From Synergistales bacterium (GTDB lineage: Bacteria > Synergistota > Synergistia > Synergistales > JAFGMB01), in assembly GCA_963666205.1 (NCBI GenBank), contig OY762654.1:2240001-2304000 (forward strand): 64,000 bases of DNA, given 5' to 3'. Position 1 is the stretch's first letter. Each line of letters begins with the position of its first letter. A model generated the notes under the pieces. That model did not search any database. It was given only the letters and a program-made list of their open reading frames with translations, and was not told the origin of the DNA. Positions 37,086 to 48,155 of this stretch are shown in pieces. Position numbers and translations under genes: made by a program.

Positions 37086-37763
37086 ATGTCTTTAGGAGAT
37101 ATTATAGGCCCTGTTATGGTAGGACCTTCTTCAAGCCATACTGCAGGAGCAGCAAGACTTGGAAAACTGGCCAGGGCATGTTTTGATGGAACTCTGAATC
37201 GAGCGGAGATATATCTCAGGGGCAGTTTTTCGGATACAGGTAAGGGTCATGGAACTGATCGTGCGATAATTGCAGGTCTTCTCGGAATGGCCCCGGATGA
37301 TATCAGACTCAAAGATTCCTTTGAATTAGCTTTTGATAAAGGTTTTGATTTTCTTATTCTTTCAGAGACAGTAGATGGTGCTCATCCTAACTCTGTTCGA
37401 CTTGTCCTTTATGGAAACGAAGGGATCTCCATGGAAATAGTTGGTGCATCTGTTGGAGGAGGATCCGTGCTGATCCAGGAGATCGACGGGTTTAGAGTCA
37501 ATATTTCGGGTGAACTTCCTGTACTTGTCACTTTTCATGAAGATGTTCACGGTGTAGCAGCAAAGGTAACTGCTCTCCTTGCCGAGATGAAGATAAATAT
37601 CGCTGGATTGACATTGTCCCGAAAATCAAGATCCGGTCTGGCTTCCATGGTAATAGAAGTCGATGATGTCCTTCCTCCGGGGATTGTGAACAGAATTCTT
37701 GCTTCTACAAAGGCTATACAGAGGGCTTTTATATTGCCTCTTAAAGGAGATGAACTGATTTGA
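37086..37763 (+). CDS. sdaAB: L-serine dehydratase, Fe-S dependent, beta subunit
   Basis: DIIGPVMVGPSSSHTAGA, GHGTD.A, HPNS, SVGGG, C-terminal ACT domain. Confidence 0.95.
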   Translation: MSLGDIIGPVMVGPSSSHTAGAARLGKLARACFDGTLNRAEIYLRGSFSDTGKGHGTDRAIIAGLLGMAPDDIRLKDSFELAFDKGFDFLILSETVDGAHPNSVRLVLYGNEGISMEIVGASVGGGSVLIQEIDGFRVNISGELPVLVTFHEDVHGVAAKVTALLAEMKINIAGLTLSRKSRSGLASMVIEVDDVLPPGIVNRILASTKAIQRAFILPLKGDELI

Positions 37764-38629
37764 GATCTTTCAGAGATGTACTGGATTATTGTATTAGAGA
37801 AGATCTCTCTTTTGATAAGGCAGTACTGGAAATGGATTCGTCTGAAAGCGGTCTTTTGTCAGATGATATCGGGGAACTTATGAAACAGAGACTGTCAGAT
37901 ATGAAGAGATCTGTACGGGAAGCTCTATCAAGACCATGGAAGGCAACTATCACAGAAGCGGATGCTCCCATGTTAGGAATCTACAGAAACGGAGAGAACA
38001 CTTTTTCCGGTCCCCTGGTGACCCGGGCTTCAGAGATAGCACTTGCTGTATCTACATACAATGCATGTATGGGAAGGATCGTTGCTGCTCCTACTGCCGG
38101 CAGTTGCGGTATTATACCGGGTATTATCTTTGCCTTTCAGGAAATACATCCTGTCTCTGATGATATCCTTCTCAAGGGACTTATTACCGCGGCGGGAGTC
38201 GGTCAGATCATTGCTCGAAGGGCTACTCTTGCGGGAGCTGAGGGTGGTTGCCAGGCAGAGTGCGGTGCAGCTGCTGCTATGGCTTCTTCGGCCCTTGTCT
38301 CCATGAAGAGTGAGGATAATGAAAAAATCGCTCACGGTGCAGCCATTACCTTGAAGTCCATCCTGGGACTTGTGTGTGATCCGGTTGCCGGTCTGGTTGA
38401 AGTTCCCTGTATCAAAAGAAATGGAACACTTGTTGCTCTGTCGGCAATAGGTGCAGATATGGCAATGGCAGGTATCAGATCTGTTATTCCCCCCGATGAA
38501 GTTGTTGATGCCATGGGACACGTAGGAAGAGCCCTTCCTGAAAGCCTTCGGGAGACGGCGAAAGGAGGAGTAGCTGTAACGCCAAGGGGAAGGGAAATAA
38601 CCCTTTCTCTAAACAATGCCGACCACTGA
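37760..38629 (+). CDS. sdaAA: L-serine dehydratase, Fe-S dependent, alpha subunit
   Basis: IVAAPTAGSCG, GAEGGCQAECG, LGLVCDPVAGLVEVPCIKRN, LRETAKGG. Confidence 0.95.
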   Translation: MRSFRDVLDYCIREDLSFDKAVLEMDSSESGLLSDDIGELMKQRLSDMKRSVREALSRPWKATITEADAPMLGIYRNGENTFSGPLVTRASEIALAVSTYNACMGRIVAAPTAGSCGIIPGIIFAFQEIHPVSDDILLKGLITAAGVGQIIARRATLAGAEGGCQAECGAAAAMASSALVSMKSEDNEKIAHGAAITLKSILGLVCDPVAGLVEVPCIKRNGTLVALSAIGADMAMAGIRSVIPPDEVVDAMGHVGRALPESLRETAKGGVAVTPRGREITLSLNNADH

Positions 38630-38980
38630 TCAATAAACAGGGGGCAGGTATTTCGCGATCCTGTCCCCTGCTGTTTCTGAACCCCCTTAACATCACTGTT
38701 TGTAATATTTTCACATAATTTCAAGTCCGCCAGAAACATCCTTCCAGCATCCATTCCTAATGAAATCATTTTAGAATGCCGGGAACAAAGATGCTCCTTG
38801 ATCAGGAAATGAAATTGATGTAAACAAAGTATTGCAGAAAAGATGCAGCTGGAACCTTTTCGAGTCAAGGTTGTTTTCATTCGCCAATTTTGCTAATCAT
38901 CTCGTCAGAGTGTAAAATAGTTTTATTCATGATAAGTTTATTCGGATAGTTTAAAAAAATGAACCGGGAGTAGGCAGGAA

Positions 38981-40378
38981 ATGGAAAACATGGAATTGGT
39001 CGAGTCTCTATACAGGATATCCCTGTCAATAGGAAACAGTATGGAAATGGGAGAAATGCTTGAAGAGGCCCTGGAAGCATACTGTTCAAATCTTGGACTT
39101 GAGGAAGTTTGTGTTTTATGTCCTGATATTTCAGTAGATAATACCTTCCATCCAGTCAGCATTTTCCCACCAGGATCAGATAAATCTGCTGTCATATATG
39201 AAATTATCCGTTCCATAGATCTGTCTGTCATTGATTCTGGCCTTGAAATGTTCCAGGATGGTCTTCCTGAAAGAGGAAAGATCAGGGAGGATCTTTTTTA
39301 TGTTATCCAGGAATTGAAGGATTACGGGCTGATAATCATGACGAAATCCGGATCCGCCTTTATGCCCCCTCTGCTGAATCAGTTAGTTCCGTTGAATTCA
39401 AGACTGGCCTCTGCCTGTTTAGCCTGCCTTGGCAATGAAATTCTGCAGAGGGAGATAAAATTCAGAAAGGCTGCAGAGGAGGCCCTTCTCAGAAGTGAGA
39501 AAAGACTGGACCTTGCCCTTCAGGTCACAGATGATGGCTTGTGGGACTGGAACCTGGAAGAAGATGTTGTATATTTCAGTCCTACCTATTACACGATGTT
39601 GGGATACGAACCTTATGAATTCCTTCCAAGTTTTGAGAAGTGGAAAGAACTTGTTCATCCGGAAGATGTCGATTATGCCCTGAAAAAAGTAATGAATTGC
39701 ATGGAAAACAGAGGAGAAGGATTCGAGATGGAATTCCGCCTCGCTTCGCGGAGTGGGGAATGGATATGGATCCTTGGACGGGGAAAGGTCGTCGAAAGGG
39801 ATCGAGATGGAAATCCCAGAAGAATGGTGGGAACCCACGTAAATATTACAAGCAGAAAGGAAACGGAAGAGAAAATGGAAAGGCTGAACAGGGAGCTGTA
39901 CATATCGGCCTCTACAGACAGGATAACAGGACTTTTGAACAGACAGCGATTCGATGACATTCTGGTTCAGGAAATGGAAAGGGCTTCGAGGTATGAAAAT
40001 CCACTGTCTGTTCTCATGTTCGATCTGGATAATTTTAAACTTATCAATGATACATTCGGCCACCAGAAGGGTGATTCAATACTTCAGGATATTGCCGGTA
40101 TCATTCGGGAAAATATCCGCAGCACCGATTTTGCAGCAAGATGGGGTGGAGATGAGTTTGTTGTTCTGGCGCTTGCAGACCTGAATAATGCATTTCAATT
40201 GGGAGAAAAACTGAGAAAGGAAATATCCCAGGTGAACCTTCCTGGTCTGGGAGATATCACTATAAGCATGGGAATTACAGAATTTATCCAGACGGACACT
40301 CTCCATTCCCTTGTAAAAAGGGCTGATGATGCACTCTACAGGGCCAAACAGAACGGCAAAAACAGGGTAGAAATCTGA
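38981..40378 (+). CDS. PAS-GGDEF diguanylate cyclase
   Basis: WDWN..VHPED PAS; DLDNFK.IND.FGH..GD, RSTD I-site, GGDEF, ADDALY.AK..GKN. Confidence 0.92.
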   Translation: MENMELVESLYRISLSIGNSMEMGEMLEEALEAYCSNLGLEEVCVLCPDISVDNTFHPVSIFPPGSDKSAVIYEIIRSIDLSVIDSGLEMFQDGLPERGKIREDLFYVIQELKDYGLIIMTKSGSAFMPPLLNQLVPLNSRLASACLACLGNEILQREIKFRKAAEEALLRSEKRLDLALQVTDDGLWDWNLEEDVVYFSPTYYTMLGYEPYEFLPSFEKWKELVHPEDVDYALKKVMNCMENRGEGFEMEFRLASRSGEWIWILGRGKVVERDRDGNPRRMVGTHVNITSRKETEEKMERLNRELYISASTDRITGLLNRQRFDDILVQEMERASRYENPLSVLMFDLDNFKLINDTFGHQKGDSILQDIAGIIRENIRSTDFAARWGGDEFVVLALADLNNAFQLGEKLRKEISQVNLPGLGDITISMGITEFIQTDTLHSLVKRADDALYRAKQNGKNRVEI

Positions 40379-40416
40379 GAATATCCGTGCTGTTGCACAT
40401 GCTGTATATTTTATTA

Positions 40417-41169
40417 TCATTTAATTATGCTGTATTCTACAGTAACTACCGCTTTAATGCTTTTATCGATAGTGCTTGTGTCATACATTCCATAGTCCTG
40501 AACTTCTGTAGAGAATAGTGGTGTTATCTGAAATACTCCCTGACTTGCTGAAGCAAGTTCACCAACGCGACTCCCGCTGTTTTCAGCAAGTTGTTCTGCT
40601 CTCGCGAAAGCATCGCGGGTTGCATCACCCAGGAGTTCTATTTTCATTTCATCTATGCCTGTAAAATAATATTGTGGAGGAAATGATATAAATTCTATTC
40701 CATCCTGAATAAGGGTTGTGGATTCCCTGGATATTCTGGAAATAAGATCCACATCAGAGGATCTTATTTCTACTCTTTGTTCAAGATCGTATCTTTCTAT
40801 TATGTTGGTGAATACTCCCTGGTCATTTCTCCTGTACCGTACCATAGTATTTATTGAAGAAGTATCGATCCTGTTTTCCTCAACCCCGAATTTAGCCAGG
40901 TAGCTCCTTATTTTCTCCAGATCCGCCTGCAGTTTTATATATGCCGACTCAAGGTCAGTGCTCCTCGATACAAAACTTCCATTCCAGACAGCCATGTCAG
41001 ATCTGATTGTTTTTTCTGCATATCCCTTGACTCTTACTGTCTGATGGGACATTTTTACTCGTTCTACAGTCCTTGACATAATAAAAGTGGAAATTATGAT
41101 GGCACATGCAAGAAAGAGGCCCAGAAAAAATAATCCACCTGTCAGTTCTGAAGTATTTCTTTTTATCAT
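40417..41169 (-). CDS. SIMPL (DUF541) domain protein
   Basis: N-terminal TM; V.VKG.AE..I.SD.A.W, AT.DA..RA, ASQGVFQI. Confidence 0.85.
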   Translation of the reverse strand: MIKRNTSELTGGLFFLGLFLACAIIISTFIMSRTVERVKMSHQTVRVKGYAEKTIRSDMAVWNGSFVSRSTDLESAYIKLQADLEKIRSYLAKFGVEENRIDTSSINTMVRYRRNDQGVFTNIIERYDLEQRVEIRSSDVDLISRISRESTTLIQDGIEFISFPPQYYFTGIDEMKIELLGDATRDAFARAEQLAENSGSRVGELASASQGVFQITPLFSTEVQDYGMYDTSTIDKSIKAVVTVEYSIIK

Positions 41170-41308
41170 TTATCAGCCACTCTCCCGGGAAAAAGAAATA
41201 TTCTTTCAAATATTCTTATATTATTTTACTCCTTGTTTCCTGAAGAGAGAAACTTTCCAGAATTTTACATTATTTGAATAGTCAGGATATCCCTGTTATC
41301 ATAAAGAC

Positions 41309-41329
41309 TGATATATTAGTCTTATATCA
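41309..41329. promoter_or_regulatory. Palindromic operator upstream of the GntR gene
   Basis: TGATATA-N7-TATATCA. Confidence 0.5.
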
Positions 41330-41355
41330 AGAGTATATATAAGGGGATATGGCCA

Positions 41356-41991
41356 ATGGAACCGCATCTGGACGAAATCTACCTAGCCATAAGAAAGCGT
41401 ATAGTTGATCTGGTTTATAAACCAGGAGAGGTGTTGAGTGAAAAGTCCCTTATTGGAGAATTCAGTACGAGCAGGACCCCTGTCAGGGAAGCCCTTTTAA
41501 GACTGGAGCAGGACAGGCTTGTCAACATCATTCCCAGGGTAGGAACATACGTAAGCCAGGTCGATATCCGATCAGTCAAGTATGCCTATGAAATGAAGAA
41601 AAATCTGGAGGGACTGGCTGCGGAACTTGCAGCGGAAAGAGCTACTGAGGAACAGATATCAGAGCTTCTATCCGTTGCTTCACGATTCACTTCCTATGAT
41701 AACGTTCGGGATTACAGCAAATGTATTGATGATGACCGCTGTTTCCATTCTCTTACACGAAGGGCTTCAGGTAACCCCCTTCTAATACGCACTCTGGATG
41801 ATCTGAGCGTAATAACAGTCAGGTTTTTAAAACATATACAATATGTGGAAAAAGAATTCGACTGGTACAAGGGATCAATTAACGGAATAGCCCAGGCTAT
41901 CCGAGCTCGGGAAACCGAAAAGGCCCGGTCTGAAGCAGAGTTTCACACTGAGGCATTCCTGTCCAAACTTGCCAGTTATTTTTTTGGTTAA
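41356..41991 (+). CDS. GntR family regulator (FCD domain)
   Basis: SRTPVREAL..L, PRVGTYV, FH....ASGN. Confidence 0.9.
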   Translation: MEPHLDEIYLAIRKRIVDLVYKPGEVLSEKSLIGEFSTSRTPVREALLRLEQDRLVNIIPRVGTYVSQVDIRSVKYAYEMKKNLEGLAAELAAERATEEQISELLSVASRFTSYDNVRDYSKCIDDDRCFHSLTRRASGNPLLIRTLDDLSVITVRFLKHIQYVEKEFDWYKGSINGIAQAIRARETEKARSEAEFHTEAFLSKLASYFFG

Positions 41992-42031
41992 GGGAGTATG
42001 AGATTCGTATTCAACGCTCAAAGGAGGTTAT

Positions 42032-42586
42032 TTGATGTATGAAGTGAGATGGCATGGAAGAGGCGGTCAGGGAGGTTTTACTGCTGCCCGCCTTCTGGGA
42101 ATGGCTGCATCGGTTCATGAAGGGAAATATTCACTGGCTTTTCCGTCCTTCGGGCCGGAGAGAAGGGGAGCTCCAGTCCTTGGTTTTACAAGAATAAGCG
42201 ATAAGAAGATCACGGACAGAAGCCAGGTGGATGAATGTGACTATGTTGTTTTCCTTGACGAGACCCTGGTAGGAGAGACGACCCTCCTTGGATTGAAGGA
42301 TGAGGCATTTATCCTTATCAATACGGCTGATCCTGAAAAATACAGCACCATGACGGATAAGCGGATAGTGGCGCTGGATGCCACAAGCCTTTCCCTTGAA
42401 GTGCTGGGGAGGCCTATAACCAACACCGCCATGCTGGGAGCCCTTGTTGCCCTTTCGGGGGTGGTGTCCCTGGAAGCTCTCAAGAAGGCCATTCAGGACG
42501 GGATGAAACCATCCCTTGTTGAAAAGAACTGTGCCATAGTTGAAAAAGCTTTCAACATGGTTAAGGGAGCTGTGAACAATGGATAG
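42032..42586 (+). CDS. 2-oxoacid:ferredoxin oxidoreductase gamma subunit
   Basis: EVRWHGRGGQG, FGPERRGAP, NTAMLGA. Confidence 0.92.
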   Translation: MMYEVRWHGRGGQGGFTAARLLGMAASVHEGKYSLAFPSFGPERRGAPVLGFTRISDKKITDRSQVDECDYVVFLDETLVGETTLLGLKDEAFILINTADPEKYSTMTDKRIVALDATSLSLEVLGRPITNTAMLGALVALSGVVSLEALKKAIQDGMKPSLVEKNCAIVEKAFNMVKGAVNNG

Positions 42587-42893
42587 GCCAAAGATTGTGA
42601 AGTACAAGGAGCCTGAAAGGGCTGAAGATTATCCTGTAGGAGCTACCTTCAGGGCTGGCCATCTTGTGCAGGCGAACGCAGGCTGGAGAACGTTCAGACC
42701 CGTTATCGATGAGGACAAGTGCATTAAATGTCTCAGATGTTTCCTTGTCTGCCCTGATGGTGCCATCGATAAATCTGGAGAGACTCTTGAAATAGACTAC
42801 AATTTCTGCAAGGGCTGTGGCATCTGTGCCCATGAATGTAAAGTCGGTGCCATCAGAATGGTCAAGGAAGGGGCTGATGAGGATGGCAGGTAG
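42579..42893 (+). CDS. 2-oxoacid:ferredoxin oxidoreductase delta subunit
   Basis: WRTFRP, CIKCLRC...CP, CKGCGICA.EC. Confidence 0.92.
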   Translation: MDRPKIVKYKEPERAEDYPVGATFRAGHLVQANAGWRTFRPVIDEDKCIKCLRCFLVCPDGAIDKSGETLEIDYNFCKGCGICAHECKVGAIRMVKEGADEDGR

Positions 42894-44070
42894 AAAGATC
42901 TTTATTTCAGGCGACGAGGCGGTAGCAGAGGCAGTTCGCCTGGTGAGTCCCCATGTTATTTCTGCATATCCCATAACCCCTCAGACAGTAGCAGTGGAAA
43001 GGATTTCCGATTTTGTGGAGGATGGTTCTCTCAAGGCAGAGTATATCCATGTGGAGTCAGAGCATAGTGCCATGTCCGCTGCTCTGGGTGCTGCAGCAGT
43101 CGGAGCCAGGACCTTTACCGCAACATCCTCTCAGGGTCTGCTTTACATGGCCGAAGTTCTGCCGTATGTGAGCGGAGCGAGATTTCCTATTGTAATGATG
43201 AATGCCAACAGGGCCCTTGCCGTTCCATGGGCTCTCCTCTCGGACCACAGGGATTCCCTTTCACAGCTCGATTCAGGATGGATACAGGTCTATTGTGAAG
43301 ATGCCCAGGAGACCCTGGATATGATAATCCAGGCCTACAGGATAGCTGAGGATGAGAGGGTCATGACTCCCATGATGGTTAACCTGGACGGTTTTGTCCT
43401 GACCCATACCTATGAACTGGTAGAGCTTCCTGACCAGGCTGCATTGAAAAGTTTCCTTCCCGATTACAGCACGGATAACAAGATGGACCTCGATGCTCCT
43501 AAAAGCGTATGTCTTGCCGCCATGAACCATTATATGGAATACATGATGAAGCAGGAGCTGGACATGAGGAACGTTGAAAGCATAATCGAAGAAACTGACA
43601 GGGAGTACGGAGAAATGTTCGGCAGGTCGTACGGAGGAATGATAGAGCAGTACATGTGTGATGGCGCAGATGCCGTACTTGTCACTCTCGGAAGTGTTAC
43701 GGGAACGGCCAGGGTAGTGGTAGATTCCATGAGATCAGAGGGCTATAAGGTAGGGCTTGTCAAATTGAGGTTCATGAGGCCCTTCCCGAAAGAGGAGATA
43801 ATAGAGATCGGATCAAAGGTTAAAGCCATTGGGGTGGTGGATAAGGACATCTCGGTAGGATATGAGGGCATAGTCTTTACCAATGTCAATTCGGCCCTTT
43901 CAGACCTCGATAAAGTTCCGCAGCGGCTCAACTTTATTGCAGGTCTTGGAGGCAGGAATGTTTCCAAGGCCCATATCAGGGATATGTACATGCAGCTGCT
44001 TGAAGTGGCAGAAGGGAAAGAGAAAGAGAAGATCCAGTTCGTAAATGCGAGGTGTGAATATAATGGATAA
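42877..44070 (+). CDS. 2-oxoacid:ferredoxin oxidoreductase alpha subunit
   Basis: AYPITPQT, VESEHSA, TATSSQGL, DGFVLTH, GLGGR. Confidence 0.92.
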   Translation: MRMAGRKIFISGDEAVAEAVRLVSPHVISAYPITPQTVAVERISDFVEDGSLKAEYIHVESEHSAMSAALGAAAVGARTFTATSSQGLLYMAEVLPYVSGARFPIVMMNANRALAVPWALLSDHRDSLSQLDSGWIQVYCEDAQETLDMIIQAYRIAEDERVMTPMMVNLDGFVLTHTYELVELPDQAALKSFLPDYSTDNKMDLDAPKSVCLAAMNHYMEYMMKQELDMRNVESIIEETDREYGEMFGRSYGGMIEQYMCDGADAVLVTLGSVTGTARVVVDSMRSEGYKVGLVKLRFMRPFPKEEIIEIGSKVKAIGVVDKDISVGYEGIVFTNVNSALSDLDKVPQRLNFIAGLGGRNVSKAHIRDMYMQLLEVAEGKEKEKIQFVNARCEYNG

Positions 44071-44962
44071 GAACATGGTGACCAATGCCAGGGAATTAAC
44101 CAACAGTGAGTTTTTCTATGGCCATAAAGCCTGTGCCGGGTGTGGTGGAAGCCTTGCGGTAAGGCTTGCCCTTAAAGTGCTTGGTCAGAACTCTTTTGTT
44201 TCCCTCCCACCGAACTGCATGTCCGCTGTCGGGTTCCTTTTCCCTCAGATCTCCTTTGTTACCAATGCCATTATTGCTCCATTTGCCGCTAATGCTGCGG
44301 TCCTTTCTGGTATAGAAGCCGGAGCAAAGGCCCTGGGACTCAAGGATCACCATGTGGTGGGTTTTGCAGGTGATGGCGGTACAGCCGATATCGGGATACA
44401 GGCCCTGTCTGGAGCCATAGACAGGGGCGACAGGATAATCTACATCTGCTATGACAACGAGGCTTATATGAATACGGGTATCCAACAGAGTGGACTTACC
44501 CCCTATGGTTCAAGTACCACCACTTCTCCGGCTGGAAAGAACCTTCCAGGTTCTACAAAAATGAAAAAGAACATGTTCGAGATAGTTGCTGCCCACGGTA
44601 TATCCTATGCAGCAACTGCGAGTATCGGATATCCTGAAGATTACCTGAAAAAGGTAAGTAAGGCCGCCCAGTGTGAGAGCACTTCATACATACATGTAAT
44701 GGCTCCATGCTGTACCGGTTGGGGTTTCCCCGGTGAAAGAACCATTGAAATAGCCAAAGAGGCAGTTGACTGTGGATTATGGTTCCTGGCGGAATATGAG
44801 AATGAGAAATTTACACTTAATAGAAAACCCTCTTCCTTTAGTTCTGTCAGGGAATACCTGATGAAACAGGCCAGATTCAGACATCTCAAGGATAATGACA
44901 TCAGCATAATTGAGCAGTACAGGGATCATAAATGGCAGAAGATGCTTAAGAACTGGGATTGA
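44063..44962 (+). CDS. 2-oxoacid:ferredoxin oxidoreductase beta subunit
   Basis: ACAGCG, GDGGT.DIG, YDNEAYMNTG.Q, PC.TGW. Confidence 0.92.
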   Translation: MDKNMVTNARELTNSEFFYGHKACAGCGGSLAVRLALKVLGQNSFVSLPPNCMSAVGFLFPQISFVTNAIIAPFAANAAVLSGIEAGAKALGLKDHHVVGFAGDGGTADIGIQALSGAIDRGDRIIYICYDNEAYMNTGIQQSGLTPYGSSTTTSPAGKNLPGSTKMKKNMFEIVAAHGISYAATASIGYPEDYLKKVSKAAQCESTSYIHVMAPCCTGWGFPGERTIEIAKEAVDCGLWFLAEYENEKFTLNRKPSSFSSVREYLMKQARFRHLKDNDISIIEQYRDHKWQKMLKNWD

Positions 44963-45046
44963 TAAATTAAGAGATCCGGAGAAAACAGAAAAGAGGCCCC
45001 CTCAGTTTTTAATCAGCTGAGCCGGGCCTCTTTGACTTTGTCCGGG

Positions 45047-45703
45047 TCATAATGAACCTGCGGCATCTCTGTCTGCAAAAATATAAACCGGTCCTTCAGG
45101 GGAAAGCATATTAGCAGGGAACTCCTGTCCCTGTAGAAGATCCTTAAGGACTTCTTTTTTTGCAGTGCCTGTAACACAGAAAAAGATCTTCTTTGAACGG
45201 TTAAGGGTTGAGATCGAGAGTGATATCCTTTGCGATGGTGATTTGGGGGCATTGATTACATTTACTACGGGAGAGGTTTCCTTGAGAGCGGGGTTTCCTG
45301 GAAACAGGCTTGCAGTGTGTCCATCCGCCCCAAGACCCAGGATAGTAATCTCAAAGGGCAGTATTTTTTCAAAGGATTGACCTTCGGAGTCAGGTTTCTT
45401 AAAACAGCGTAATTGTTCATAAAGATCCAATATACGGCAGGGAAGACCCCAAAATATCTTTTTCAGGGAGGTATCATTTCTTTCAGGATGGCCCTTGGGA
45501 TAACAGCGTTCATCCGTTGGAATAAATATGACCCTCTCCCAGGGGATATTACACATTGCAGCAAGTCTTGCATACGTTCTGAGGGGGGAGCTGCCTCCTG
45601 CCAGCGCGGCTGTCCCGCCATAATAAAGAGAAGCAGTTAATTCATCTGCAAGTTCCAGAGACAGGGATTCCGGGTCGCTGAATACTCTCAGAGAGATCTC
45701 CAT
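45047..45703 (-). CDS. pgl: 6-phosphogluconolactonase
   Basis: [27 protein letters not shown]; in an operon with zwf and gnd. Confidence 0.9.
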   Translation of the reverse strand: MEISLRVFSDPESLSLELADELTASLYYGGTAALAGGSSPLRTYARLAAMCNIPWERVIFIPTDERCYPKGHPERNDTSLKKIFWGLPCRILDLYEQLRCFKKPDSEGQSFEKILPFEITILGLGADGHTASLFPGNPALKETSPVVNVINAPKSPSQRISLSISTLNRSKKIFFCVTGTAKKEVLKDLLQGQEFPANMLSPEGPVYIFADRDAAGSL

Positions 45704-47100
45704 CTGTGACCTTCCTCCAGGATCTTATCCTGACAGAATGGACCTGAAGACCCATCATTATAACTTTCGAGAGATTCACTTGAATTTTCCCATTTCAGAA
45801 GAATGGGTTGCAAGGCATGCCAGGACCAGTTTATCTCATCGAATCTCAGAGAATGACTCCTGTCTCCATCTATAATATCCTTTATCAATGAAGAATAGTC
45901 GGGAAGGGCCCTGTATCCGTCTCTCTGGTAGGGTGAGGTAAGGTTTATAGAGCTTGCCTCAAGCTCCAGGCCTGGTTTCTTTGCCTGCATTATCATGCTT
46001 ATTTTCTGTTCCGGTTTGATATCAAAGATCAGCCAGTTGGTCTCAAAGGGCTCGCTTCCGCAGAGACAGGAATAGAATAGTGCCAGGGGTGGGAGTTTAA
46101 ACTCAATGGCTACCTGGGTTGAAGATCTTTTCATTTTCTTTCCTGTCCTGAGGTAAAAGGGCACATCCTTCCATCTCCAGTTATCTATAAAAAGTTTCAT
46201 TGCAACAAATGTTTCAGTTCTGGAATCAGCGGGGATACCCTTTTCGGAAGCATATCCCCTGTAAGTTCCCCTCACCGCTGATTTATCTATCATTGAACCA
46301 TCGAGTTGACGTAAAGACCTCAGGACTTTAACTTTTTCGTCCCTCAGAAAAGTAGGGTCAAGGGTAGCCGGCGGTTCCATGGCTGTAAGGGCCAGTATCT
46401 GAAGAAGGTGATTCTGAACCATATCCCTCAAAGCCCCCACCTTGTCGTAATAGGATCCTCTGAGTTCTATTCCCTCTTCCTCAAAGGCCGTTATCTGGAC
46501 CTGCCTGATATAGTTTCTATTCCATAAAGGTTCCATAAGCATGTTGGCAAAACGGAATACAAGGATATTCTGTATGGTTTCCTTGCCAAGAAAATGGTCA
46601 AGCCTGTAGATCTGATCTTCGTTCCATAAAGCATGGATCCTTTCATCCAGTTCCAGAGAACTGATTTCATCCCATCCAAAGGGTTTTTCCAGCACTATTC
46701 GCCGAAAACCACTGTCTTCAATATTTAAACCGGAACTGGCAAGGTCTTCGGCAGTGGAAGCAAAAAGAGATGGAGGCAGGGAAAGATAAAAAATTATAGA
46801 TTCAGCGAAAATCTGCTTCATTTGGGACGAATTTCTTACCAGATCCTCCCACTCCATGTAGAAGAATCTGTTACAGAATTCGGCCAGTATTTTCCTTTCG
46901 CAGGAAGGTTTGGCCCGGTTTATAGAGTTTCTGATGCTTTCCCTGAAGGAATTATTGTCCATTTTCTGGCGGCTGATGCCCCATATCCTTATGTCGGCGG
47001 GTAGGTAACCCTTTTCTTCTAGGGTAAAAAGTGAAGGAAGGAGTTTTTTCCTGGCCAGGTTCCCGGTAATGCCAAAGATAACCATGTCAACCATTTTCAA
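45688..47100 (-). CDS. zwf: Glucose-6-phosphate 1-dehydrogenase
   Basis: [40 protein letters not shown]. Confidence 0.94.
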   Translation of the reverse strand: MKMVDMVIFGITGNLARKKLLPSLFTLEEKGYLPADIRIWGISRQKMDNNSFRESIRNSINRAKPSCERKILAEFCNRFFYMEWEDLVRNSSQMKQIFAESIIFYLSLPPSLFASTAEDLASSGLNIEDSGFRRIVLEKPFGWDEISSLELDERIHALWNEDQIYRLDHFLGKETIQNILVFRFANMLMEPLWNRNYIRQVQITAFEEEGIELRGSYYDKVGALRDMVQNHLLQILALTAMEPPATLDPTFLRDEKVKVLRSLRQLDGSMIDKSAVRGTYRGYASEKGIPADSRTETFVAMKLFIDNWRWKDVPFYLRTGKKMKRSSTQVAIEFKLPPLALFYSCLCGSEPFETNWLIFDIKPEQKISMIMQAKKPGLELEASSINLTSPYQRDGYRALPDYSSLIKDIIDGDRSHSLRFDEINWSWHALQPILLKWENSSESLESYNDGSSGPFCQDKILEEGHRWRSL

Positions 47101-48011
47101 TCCGCCTTCTTGATCTCATGTCCTCCAAAAGCATTTCGCATAATGGCCAGGATCTTATCTCCGTATTTTTCTTCATTTCTGCTGCTGAAACGCTCAAAAA
47201 GAGCATTTGCAAGTATGGGTACGGGTACGTCCAGGTCTACTGCTTCTCTCAATGCCCATCTGGCTTCTCCCGAATCTCCAACCTCAGGGATTATTTCCGC
47301 AAGTTCCTGATCCTCTACAAGGTACATGGCCAGTAGATCCAGAAGCCAGCTTCGAATGACAGTACCATCCTTCCATGCATTCGAAACAGTTGCCAGGTCC
47401 AGACCAAATTCCTTTTTTTTCTTCAGGAGCTCGAATCCTTCAGCATAAGCCTGCATCATTCCGTACTCTATGGCATTGTGTACCATCTTGACATAATGTC
47501 CTGAACCGGGAAGTCCAGTATGAACCCATCCTTTGTTTTCACCTGGAGCCAGGGTATGGACAAGGGGCAGAATCATTTCTGCAACTTCTTTTTCTGCTCC
47601 AAACATAAGTCCATAGCCTTCTTTCTCTCCCCATATTCCTCCGGATACTCCCATATCTACAAAATGTATGCCCTTTTCTTCAAGATTACGATATCGGGTC
47701 ATGGAATCCCGATAGTCGGAATTTCCCCCATCAATTATGCAATCTCCCTTTTCCATGATCTCTGATAAAATCCTGATGGTAGTATCGGTAGGTATCCCTG
47801 CAGGAAGCATGATCCATATGACTCGGGGATGGTTGATAGCCCTGACCAGTTCCTCAGGAGTAGAGCACGGCGTAAGACCGCTCTTTGCCAGGTCTTTGAC
47901 GGCTTCATAGCTCCTGTTATATCCGTAGACATCAAAACCTTTGCGAAGGAGTCTTTTCGCTATACCTCTGCCCATTTTCCCCAAACCTATAATTCCAATC
48001 TGTCTGATCAT
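47097..48011 (-). CDS. gnd: 6-phosphogluconate dehydrogenase (short-chain, YqeC type)
   Basis: [36 protein letters not shown]. Confidence 0.93.
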   Translation of the reverse strand: MIRQIGIIGLGKMGRGIAKRLLRKGFDVYGYNRSYEAVKDLAKSGLTPCSTPEELVRAINHPRVIWIMLPAGIPTDTTIRILSEIMEKGDCIIDGGNSDYRDSMTRYRNLEEKGIHFVDMGVSGGIWGEKEGYGLMFGAEKEVAEMILPLVHTLAPGENKGWVHTGLPGSGHYVKMVHNAIEYGMMQAYAEGFELLKKKKEFGLDLATVSNAWKDGTVIRSWLLDLLAMYLVEDQELAEIIPEVGDSGEARWALREAVDLDVPVPILANALFERFSSRNEEKYGDKILAIMRNAFGGHEIKKAD

Positions 48012-48155
48012 AATACTAATATATTACCATATATTCATATGGCAATGAATTATAATTATGGTGCATTTTCTTGAGGATCATCCTTCTCTGATATACTTCT
48101 TGAGAAAGAGAGAATGCTTAAATCCGTCAAATATTTACATTGGAGAGGGTCAGAA

